Source of the DNA: Spirogloea muscicola | Lineage: Eukaryota | NCBI GenBank assembly: GCA_009602725.1 | Contig: WELB01000023.1 | Coordinates: forward strand, 127,027-191,026 | Reading direction: 5' to 3' | DNA: 64,000 bases | In this document: piece after piece, positions 1-12,210 of the stretch | How the letters are laid out: each line of letters starts with the position of its first letter | Numbering within the stretch: position 1 is the stretch's first letter | Translations under genes and position numbers: made by a program | Notes under the pieces: generated by a model | Database searches by the model: none | Told to the model about the DNA's origin: nothing | The model's input: only the letters and a program-made list of their open reading frames with translations

Positions 1-1
1 C

Positions 2-202
2 CGCGCGCCGCCGGCGCTGGCGTCGCTGTCCGCGTCGGCCCTGCGGTGGCGGCCGTGGAGCCCCTCCCAGGAGCCCACCCCGCAGCACGGCGCCGGAGTG
101 GCGGGCCTCGATGGCGACGTCGACGCGGCGCCCAGGGCCGTCTTGGCGACGGCCGACCCCGACGGCGCGTGGGCGGCGCTGCTCATCATCGGCCGGGACT
201 AA
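2..202 (+). CDS. Probable 3' end of a gene entering from the left (…DPDGAWAALLIIGRD*), product unknown
   Basis: Open GC-rich frame from base 2 to TAA at 200-202, followed by lower-GC UTR-like sequence; no family recognised. Confidence 0.35.
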   Translation, partial: RAPPALASLSASALRWRPWSPSQEPTPQHGAGVAGLDGDVDAAPRAVLATADPDGAWAALLIIGRD

Positions 203-1144
203 GCGCTGGCCCGGCCCCCAAGCCAGCAATGCATACGGCCGCCGACACCCAACTCTTGTAAAGCTGCACCGCGGCTACACCGCGACGTGTTCTGCCCCAT
301 GCGCCGACCAGCGTCCGCTCCTCGTTCCGGCCAGCGGGACTTGGATGTACATATTAGAGACCATGTACAGACGAGGAATAAGCGGCTGAGGTCCTTGGCA
401 TTGGAGGATAGTTCCAGCTCTGCACTTCTTGTTAGCTAGATACTGCCAACTGTACAGCCGGCCGAGTTGCCGTTGCAACTGCTAAAACATCAGCTCTCAG
501 TGCTGGGAATGTTTGTATTACTGCCTCACGCATTAGTGATGGAGCTACTTTCTAGCAACTTGAGCACATTGCCTTATCTCATGGACACAGATGATACTCT
601 ACAGGGCATGGCTGGAAGTTGAGCACCTGATAGGTTGACTTGCGTAATACCCTGTATGTCTTTCTTTTGGCAAAACTATGGCATGTTGGGCCAGCCTGCA
701 AGTGACGGGGCAATGTTGCCATACGGCATTGACCAAGAAACGGGGCAATGGCTGTGAGGTTGACCGAGCGCATTTGGCGGGACAGTAGAGTGGCACTAGG
801 TTAGGGTAACAATGTGGTGCACATCTGAAGGGGAACTTTAGTATCCCGAGTGAGCACATGCAAATCTGCCAGACATATCTGGAGCACCGTCCCGCAAGCC
901 AGTGGCCTGGCTTAGTGCGCACCCAGAGGGAGTGGAACAATGCTGCGCAAAGCGAGAGGCTGCAACGAGTGGAAGAGTAGAGGGAAGAAGAGCATGAAAT
1001 TGAAGGGAGGCCAAATCAAGCCAATGCCGAAGTCAAGCCAAGTGAGAATGAAGAAACTATTTCACTATTCAGGCAAAAGCCGTTACAGACGAATGGGGCT
1101 AAATATTGCGAAGCCTGTTGTCTGCCAAGGGAGTTCACGTATTG

Positions 1145-1480
1145 AAAGTGGCTCTCCTGAAGGGGGAAAGGGCTGTCACAGAGCCAGCCCGGAAAGATGA
1201 CAAGGTCCGAAGGGCCGAACAGCGCTGTCTCAGAGCTTGCCCGGTAGGATGAGTGACATATCAATCGCGAGTCAGGAAGACTAGCAGCCGGAAGGCAATC
1301 CCCCTGGCGAAGGCCAGTGGCTGCAGCTAGAGCAAGGCCAGCACGCAGGCGGGGCGCATGAATTGATAGGAGGCACACAGTGGTCAGGCAGAGCCTAGTG
1401 CAACTCGCTGCAGGGAAAGAGGCACTCCGCCGAGACCCAGAGGCAGCAGCCATAGCACAGCCCGCTCGCGTGTGAACGGC
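1145..1480 (-). mobile_element. Degenerate 3' ends of RLE non-LTR retrotransposon (two nested fragments)
   Basis: Minus-strand translations LRAGLALAAATGLRQGDCLPAAS and AMAAASGSRRSASFPAAS match the tails at 34780-34878 and 34175-34280; 3'UTR motif ggcccttcggacctt…gggctggc is shared. Confidence 0.7.
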
Positions 1481-1716
1481 GTGGGCCAGGAATCGTCAAA
1501 CACGACTCCCGCTCCCCGCAGCTCCGCTGCGCCGCGGTGGCCGCAGGGCGAGGCGCAGGCGCGGGGCTCGCCGCTCGGGGCCCAGGCAGCTGAAGCGGGC
1601 CGCAGGCCGAGCCGGCGCCATCAAATTCCGCGCACAATGACGAGGCCCGACTCCAGCCGCTCCGCTCGCCCTTGACACATGCTGGAACGGCGGAGCGGCT
1701 AGCGGCCAGTGTTTGC

Positions 1717-3918
1717 ATGGGGAGGCCGATCTTCTACGACATCATCCAGCGGCCAGCCACCTCCGCGCTCATTGCCTTCTGCTCCGCCGTCTGGGTGTAC
1801 ATCCAGAAGCACAGCATCAGTGAGCCCCACGCCTTCCTGCGCCACTCGTGCACGAATACTCGCTGCAATTCGAGAGCTCCTCTTTGGCAATCACAGAGGG
1901 AGCACGGCACGGCTGTAGCGCCAACTAAAGGTTGGAAGCTCACAAGGACTTCGTAGGACCCCTCCGCCTTGCTTTTGACGTCCCTCCGCCTGTTTTCGAA
2001 GTCGTTTCTGCACCTTGATTGCGCCACGTTGGAGCTGCACCTTGAGACCGGTAGGTCCATGAATGTGCGATGCACGACCTGATTGTCTTTGTGCTCATGC
2101 AGGCTATGCTGACGTTGGCATCAACTACGAGGCGGTGGTTACGCAGTGCCAGTACTGGCGCCTCCTCACAGCAGCCTTCTCCCATATCAGCGTTGTGCAC
2201 CTGGTCCTCAACATGAGCGCGCTGTGGAGCATCGGCACAGTGGAGGCGCTCGGCAACCTCGGGCTTGGCATAAAATACTACCTGAAGCAGACGCTCCTTC
2301 TCCTCTTACTGTCAGGGCCCCTTGTCATTGCCATGTACCACCTCCTCATCCATCGGTTTCGCTTAGGTGAGTAAGTAAGACGTGAGCCAAGACATGAAAC
2401 ACCCCTCCATCCAGCCTCCCTTCAGTCGCTATTGTGGAATAGCAGCAGGATTGTGCGGTAGATGTCAAGCATTAGGAAAGGGGAAAATCTCGGTGAGCCA
2501 TCAGGCATGTGCATAGCAGCCGTCTGCCCTTTCCCCTTTTCCCATGCGTACTGAACAGTGTGGGTGTCATAATTGCTGTGGACCCCTTTGTACTTCCTGT
2601 GGCTACTGTATGTTCTCATGACAGAGACTACTGTTGGGACAGCCTACTAGAAGCCCAGTGGATTCATCTGATCCTCGTTTCCAAAATCTGAACCTTGCAA
2701 TGTACTTCCCTTCTCAGGGGATCACTTTGCTGCTTTCCTTCAGTTACGCACCTGTGGCTGATCATGTATCCTGCTGTCAGACCATTACAGAAGGGTTGTG
2801 GCGGTCGGGTACTCCTGCGTCGTCTTCGGCTGGATGACGGTGCTGGCGGTCAAGCAACCATCTTCCCGCCTGGACCTCTTTGGGCTCTTCTCCTTGCCCA
2901 TCAATCTGGCCCCCTTGGAGAGCCTGGTGTTAACGTCGATCGTCGTCCCTCAGGTGCAAGTGTTGAGACTGCTGGAAAATAGGATGAACAGGGATCATAT
3001 ATAGAGCTGCTGCTTTCTGGTCATGAGTCAGGAATGACATTGCAATATGGCCCACTCAGGAGACCCTGAAAGGGTAGATGAGCAGTAGCAAGCCTCAATT
3101 GCTTCATCTTGTCAGCGTGCCTGCTTGAGCAGATGAGATTTCCGATAGGCTTTGCAGGCAAGCTTTATGGGGCACCTTGCTGGCATCCTCGTGGGTTATG
3201 CAGTGGCATGGGAGTTATTACCTGCCCTGTCCGACTACTGGGCGGTCTCGCTCCTGCTCTGGCTCACTCTGGGGTTCACTGTGAGCCTCAAGCAAACGAG
3301 TGGGCTCGCAATGCCATTCATAAGCATCCACACCGTCCAGGACCCCACGCTACCAGGTATCTGTGCTCTACTGCATCCAGGCTATCAGATTGATGATGGT
3401 CGTTATTGGTGTTTCCAGAGACGATGAGAGAGCTTGTGTGCATGTTGCCTAGTCATATGCTTGCCTATATCACAAACGCCTCATACAGCAGGTGTGCACG
3501 GCATTTGCAGCTCTGAGACCAGTGAGTGCTGCCACAGCCCACAGAGCAGCCGTGCCCCTTGCTACAAGCCAATCTTCTGAAGGAGATAACAATGTTTGAC
3601 ATTTGACTGTCGACAGTGTAGCTGTCAAGCATGACTTGTCCACGATTGCCACAAATAAGTCTAACAGGCTCTTGTGCAAAGCATGGACATAGTGCACAGG
3701 CCCTCTGCATTCATCTTACCAGACTCAGTCAGAAGAAGCTATCCAGCATGGCGAGGCCTTACGACTGTACAGCAGCATACGAATGGCCTAGCATTCAATC
3801 ATTGACGCTGTGCAGATGCCACCCTCTTTGCAACGCCATGCTTGCCTTTCTGTTTTGTACTTGTAGCTCGGCATCATGTCAAATGCGAAGCGGAGGAGGA
3901 CCTGTGGAAGTGGTCTAA
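1717..3918 (+). CDS. RBL13: Rhomboid-like protease RBL13-type, multi-exon
   Basis: Exons [10 protein letters not shown]…, [37 protein letters not shown] (catalytic GxS), ASFMGHLAG (catalytic His); probable last exon …GPVEVV* at 3918 (final splice uncertain). Confidence 0.85.
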
Positions 3919-4454
3919 TGTGTAGAGAATGTTTAGGCACTGCAAGAAGTGCAGAACAAGCAAACGGCTTTTTTGCGTGCAGAGCATAAGAGGAACAACT
4001 GTGAGACCCTTCGAGAAGGGCAATGGCGGTGTGTGGATACGAACAAGATTGTTCAAGTGATTGGAGCAGGATTGAGTAGCAACGGTGGTCTGGGTGTTCA
4101 TGGGGGGTGGGAAAATGTGTGTATTCATGGGGGGCTGGGGGGAAGGGAGCGCTGCTGGCGGTGGATACCAGTGCATAAAGCCAACTTGATCATGCATTCT
4201 TTTGGACAAGTCTCTGCGCCACCAAATGGCAGTGACACGTACTGGCAAGCCTGGAAAGAATGCAGAGAAACACTTGTCAGCGAGAGGATAAAACCAGCAC
4301 ATAAGTGAGGGCTGGGGCTGGCAGAGGGTGCGGAAGAGGTGAAAGAGAGGCAAGAATGTGGGAAGTCAAAAGACGCCGGAGCAGAGAATTTCACTGAGAA
4401 AATGCATGGGCAGGAGTTGGAAGAGAAGTAGACGATGCTCTTCCAAAATAGGAG

Positions 4455-5640
4455 ATGGCTGTGAAAGGCCAGCCCATAGCAAATGGACAACCTTTTGAAA
4501 TGAGGAGTTGAGAAGTGATGAGTTGGGGACTAGTCCACCAGATGGGGCCAGCCAGCCCAGAAGACTGTTTCACGGGAGTGAAAGGACCGGAGGGGGTGAT
4601 CTGCGCTACCAGGAGAGGCAGTGCCGTGAGGAGCCAGCCGAAGAAGCCGAATGTGAAGTACGATGCTCTTGCTACAGAAGGCGATGGTTGTGAAAGGCCT
4701 GCCCAAGGCATGGTCGAGGTATAGCGAGATGAAGGAGGAGACGTGGCTCAATAAGGTGGGGCGAAAGGTGCGCGACTCGCATAAATCGAAAGGGAGACAG
4801 GTCAAGCCACAACACTGCTCAGGCAAAAGCTGGTACGAAGTTGATGCTACACAAAGCGAAGCCCAATGCTAAGGCGAAAGGCCAACAAGCCCACCTAGGA
4901 AACAGCTCATTCATAGTAAGGCAATGCTGTGTGGGGCCAGCAATCAGGCAATGACGAAAAAATTGGTGTGAGTCCACTCGATGCGTAGCTGCAGTGGCTG
5001 GGGAACAGAGAAAGGGCTCGCCCATTGAGGAGAGGGGCTGGACAAGCCAGCCCTAAAAAGAATGAAGTACGAGTAGGGGGCCTGGGGAAGCGCTAAGGAA
5101 AGCAAGCACAAAACGAAGCATTACTGCTGGGAACAGGGCCCTCTCAGTCCCTATCCCTATCCTCAATGGGCGAGCTCTTTCTTCTCAGTCGCCGCTCACT
5201 CGCGGGTACTGAGCTTACCTTAGCATCGTCGTGTGTTGTTTGCCGTTTGGAGTGTAGTCCCTTTCGGCACCTCTTTCTTTAGCTTTGGACATTGTCCATT
5301 CTGTTTCTTCTTCTTTTGGGCTGGCTTTGCCAGCCCCTCGTCTATATGGGCGAGCATTTATCTCTCAGTAGTTTGCCCATATTTTATGGGCTGGCTTTTC
5401 CTCCCCAAAACCCGCCGCTATTGCAAGAGTCTCTCTCTTCTTCTTGGGAAGAAGAAAGTGTGCGCCCATTGAGAAACCCAGCAAAGCCAGCCCAGAAAGA
5501 ATGGACAATGTCAAAAGCCGGAAAAAACAAATAACACACAGCTAGGCAGCTAGAGAATAAGACACGACGAAATCACAGGAAGCTCAGTACCCCCGGGTGA
5601 GCAACATCAGGTCGGAGTAGCTCGACGCAGGAAAAGAGAG
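4455..5640. mobile_element. Cluster of retrotransposon 3'-tail fragments in both orientations
   Basis: Hairpin-tail copies at about 5011-5060 (-), 5150-5365 (+, contains ctcactcgcgggtactga = LTRGY*) and 5460-5640 (-, FPASSYSDLMLLTRGY*); subfamily motif at 4455-4490. Confidence 0.75.
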
Positions 5641-5649
5641 CACCCCTCT

Positions 5650-6752
5650 CTTTTCCTGCGTCCCCTCTCTCCAACCCCTTCTCACGCCATTCTCCGCCCT
5701 CGCCCAAGCTTCCGATAGACGGGCACAATCCAGACTGGTTACGGCAGTGGAAGACGAATGTCGCAGAAGGTTGAGGAGGCTGCCAGAGATTGAGAATAAT
5801 CCAAGGAGCCTGGCAAGACTTACTTCTCTAGCCGCACCTGGTGCCACGGATTGGATCACCTCTCACGCCGTCGCCAACGCCTTCAGCATCAGCTCCGAGG
5901 CCTTTCGGACTTCGCTTCAACTCTTCCTCGGCCTCCCACCTAACTGCCTGATCGGGTTGCGGCAGTGCGAGTGCGGCTTCCGTGCAGAGGGTGCTGAGCT
6001 CGCCACTCACATGCTGAGATGCCCCACTGGGCCAGAAGTGGTGGGCATCCACAACCTCCTCCGCGATGCCCTGGCGGGTTTGATGCGCGACGCCGGCTAC
6101 CGTGCAGTCGTGGAAGTCAACGATATCATGCCTATCACCACGGACGCCCAGGGACGTCATCATCGCCGCACACTTGACATTGTGGGCGTGCAACCTGGTG
6201 GAGGACCACGGTCCTCCACGGGCCCTGGTCGACGTTGTGGTAACGGAGGCGTACAAGGGACCAGCATCCACACACATCGCTGGTCACGCAGTGGGCGTTG
6301 CAGAACAAAGAAAGCTGCAGCATTATTCCGACTACCCTCAATGCAATCAGCTCCTGCCAGCGGCAATCGACGTCTTTGATTGTCTGGGTCCTCGTTTCCA
6401 CACCCTCCTCCAAAACATTGCCAATCTAGGCTACACACGTCGTGCAGATGTGTTTCCGGTTGAGTTGGGCTTGCCAGCTGCATATCTGTCTTTCTTGCGA
6501 CGACGTGTTTCTGCCTGTTTGCAGCGTGCTCAGGCTAATGCCTTGCACCAGAAAGCTGGCCGAGCTCTAGTTGGTGGCAGAAGGGCTTCATATCTGACAT
6601 CTAGTATTCAGGCATCGAGTAGCGACCTTTATGTTTTGACCCGTGGTTACTGAGCGGGTCACTTTGCTGTAGATTATGTAGGTCTTTAGATGTGCTTGCC
6701 TTTGTACTTGGCCTTTAGCCTTCGTTTGTTTCAAATACACGAAATCTTATTT
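5650..6752 (+). mobile_element. 5'-truncated, frameshifted non-LTR retrotransposon (CRE/R2-like) with CCHC zinc knuckle and restriction-like endonuclease
   Basis: C-x-C…H-x3-C knuckle (CECG…HMLRC), IHNLLRD, RTLDIV, then in the second frame DVVVT, AEQRKLQHY, PAAIDVFDCLG, ending SSSDLYVLTRGY* at 6653; frame switch near 6200; 3'UTR ends …tttcaaatacacga. Confidence 0.85.
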
Positions 6753-6756
6753 TCCT

Positions 6757-7092
6757 GGCCATTGCCTCACATTGGAAGAGCTGGTCCTCTATGGGCGAGG
6801 AGTCCTTCCTCGGCATCTCATTCTTCGGCTTTGGACATTGTCCATTCTTTTTGGACTGGCTTTGCCAGCCCCTCTTTCTCTATAGGCGAGCCTTCTTCTT
6901 CTCTATGGGCGAGCACATTCTTTTCTTCTCTGCAAAGTGCTCGCCCATAGAGAAGAGTGGCCCTCTCACATTCTACTGTTTTCATGTCATTTCTCTCTCT
7001 CTCTCACTCTCTCTCTCTCTCAGATGGTCTTAAGATGTGCTTCTTGCCTTCGTACTTGGCCATTTGGCCGTCGTTTGTTTCAAATACACGAC
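6757..7092 (+). mobile_element. Further retro 3'-tail fragments plus (CT)n tract
   Basis: ctttggacattgtccattc…ccagccc…ggcgagc at 6828-6916; (CT)n at about 6992-7021; second copy of the 3'UTR end (cttgccttcgtacttggcc…tcaaatacacga) at 7024-7091. Confidence 0.75.
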
Positions 7093-7510
7093 ACTACTCT
7101 CTCAGAGTACGGGGATTGCCGGGGGGCGCGGTAGGGCGTCGTCGGGAAGAACGGTCACTGGCGGCCCGTGCGGCGGGGCGAGGCGGGGTTGGGGTTTGAA
7201 CGGGGGCCCGCCGTGGGTGAGCCGGAAAAACGGGAAAAGGGGGCCAAGCGCTGTGGTCCAATGCTCCTGCCCATGCTATCACCGCAACCCCAGAGCGGCT
7301 GCTTCGCCCGCTCCCACCTTCGCCCCACGCCACCGGCGGCCGCTGTTGGAGCCCACACGGCCCGCCGGGGGCGGGGCAGTTGGCGGAGCCGCTTCCCCCC
7401 TCCTCGGGCCCATCCCTCGCCGCCCGACCCGCGTTCCCGCGCGCCGCACACCCGCGCTCCCGCCGCGCTCGCCGCCGCANCTCCTGGCCATGGCAGCCGC
7501 TCTTTGGGTC

Positions 7511-7551
<41 letters not shown>

Positions 7552-7609
7552 TGCCGGCAGGAGCTCGTCGCTTCCCTCCGGCCCCCGCACAGCGCTTCTC
7601 GCCGCCGAG

Positions 7610-10293
<2,684 letters not shown>

Positions 10294-11124
10294 TCTAAGA
10301 AGAGGATGGTGGACGTCTTTGTTATAGGCATTGAAGGACAAACTTCCTTACAACACCGTACCTTAGAACGTAGGGCCACAGAGGATGTCGCTTGAGCACC
10401 TATTGTACATTGAGTTCTGGACAGAGCTGAACGTGCTCTCAAGGGTGTGTCCCTTAATCTTCCATTAGGAACATTCTCAACTCGCTGTTCCAGCTCTTCT
10501 GGTACCTCTGCCTAGAATCTTTGTCTTGTGCTCCTAATGTGTCCTAAGCTGCTAAGAGGATGGGATTGGGAGCCTCCAGGCTGTGTGCTTGGCCTTGTGA
10601 GCTGGAGAACTCTGCGCTTCATATTTGCAAGCCCGCACGCTGGTAGCTACAATTGAGGTCGACTTTGTGACAGTGTTGTCTTATTAAGGAGTCTGCTTTT
10701 CCGTAGAGGGCGAGGGCTGCAAAACGCCAGCCCAGAAGAATATTTAATGGACAAGGTCCGAAGGGCATGCAGGCACAAGGTCATGGGGCAGTTCAATGGC
10801 TCTGAATTTGCTAAGGCGGACCACTTGTTCTTGAGGACCAGAAAAACCTCAGCGATTGTGCTATCGGAGGCCAGGGATGAAGGTGGATTTGGAGGCACAC
10901 AGCACGAGCCTCAACAGAACGATCAGTGAGGAATGCTGAATTACATCAAGTCGATGTAAAGCTGCTGCGCAAGTGCGTGAGGAAAGGCCCCGACCGCATC
11001 GTGCTTTGGGGTGTTCCAGAGGCCTAGAGCCTGGTTGGGTGTCGCCAGAAGACGAGCAAAAGCCAGAAGCCGTGAATGAGCCGTGGTGCGTCAAGGATGG
11101 AGCCTGGGGCTTCAGTCCTTTTGG

Positions 11125-11165
11125 GCTTTAGGGTTTAGGTTTTGGGAACTAGGGGTACAGGGTTT
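11125..11165 (+). repeat. Degenerate TTTAGGG-like interstitial telomeric tract
   Basis: ctttagggtttaggttttgggaactaggggtacagggttt. Confidence 0.55.
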
Positions 11166-11205
11166 ACCCTTGTCACTTAAACATTCGGGCCGGCTGTTCA
11201 CAGCC

Positions 11206-11620
11206 CGCGCCCCATTTGGGATGAAGCAGCTACGAAACACTCAGTACCCCCTGCTAAGCAGCCGCAGATCTGGGAAAGCCACTTTCGTTGTGCGCGTTTC
11301 ATGCGCACCACCGCTCGCCTTCTCTTCATCAACGTGCAGGGCGCGCTCTAAGTCAGGCCTCCGGCTTTCGTGGCGGCGCTCCAGCTCCCCAAGTTAGCTT
11401 GTCAGATTTGTTTGTGCTCACCCGTGGGTACTAATGTCATCTTAGGTACCTTAGATTAGGTCTCCGTATTATATAGCATTGTTTAGTCTGCACTCGACTC
11501 TGCCTGAACAATGTATTGGCTTGAATTGGCCTCCCTTTCAATTCATGCGCCCCGCGCGCCTTCTCTCTCTTTCGTTGTGGGTTGCCCACTCACAGCCACT
11601 GCCTGACGTTGGAGGGCGCC
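11206..11620. mobile_element. Retro 3'-tail fragments (outward-facing pair)
   Basis: Minus copy RLLSRGY* at about 11240-11265; plus copy GRALSQASGFRGGAPAPQVSLSDLFVLTRGY* at 11339-11434 whose UTR to about 11570 closely matches 46010-46243 (-). Confidence 0.8.
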
Positions 11621-11906
11621 ATTTCCGTCGCTCCTCCGCCGCGCAGCGAGGGGTCAGGAGGAGGCCGAACGAGGGCGCTCCTCACGGCTCGCCACGACGG
11701 CGCCCCACTGCTCGGCGCGAAATGTATGGGCGCGGGCGGCAACGAGGCATGCGTGTGTAATAAAGGATGGCGAGGCCATGTGTGGCCAAGTACAAAAGCA
11801 ACGGTGGGAGCCCCCCTTTTAGGAAAAAGGGCGCCAAGTGCCACCTGCGAACGGCACACCCGGCCCAACCGCCGCCGCCGCCGCCGCCGCAGGACGCGCG
11901 GCACGG

Positions 11907-12108
11907 ATGCTGCGCAGGAAGCCGACGCGGCTGGAGCTGCGGCCGGAGGACCGGCAGGAGCTGGAAGAGGCCCGCCAGGCGAGGGCGGCCGCCGCCAAGG
12001 CCGCGGCGGCTGCGANCCGCCGCCCCGCCGGGCGACATGGAGGCGGCGTACCTGGAGCAGCAGCGGAGCCGGGAGACCGTGGCGCAGCGCATCGGGCTGA
12101 GGAAGTGA
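11907..12108 (+). CDS. CDC26: Anaphase-promoting complex subunit CDC26 (APC12)
   Basis: N-terminus MLRRKPTRLELRPEDRQELEE is the CDC26 signature; C-terminus SRETVAQRIGLRK*; a single N at 12016 interrupts the frame. Confidence 0.9.
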
Positions 12109-12210
12109 CGGCGCGGCTGGCGCTTCTGCTCGTCGGCTTCCCATGTCAGTAGAAGCGGCAGGCAGCACGGCCGGGGCCGGCTAGCGGTGACCACTGTGGG
12201 AAACACTGCC

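Noticed and set aside
5310..5340. GC hairpins read as bacterial intrinsic terminators
   Set aside because: The T-run precedes rather than follows the stem, and the hairpins belong to the retroelement 3' tail
12010..12020. Apparent frameshift in CDC26 (also across the Ns at 7480, 30216, 35448)
   Set aside because: A single N marks a gap of unknown length in GC-rich sequence, so the frame across it is uninformative
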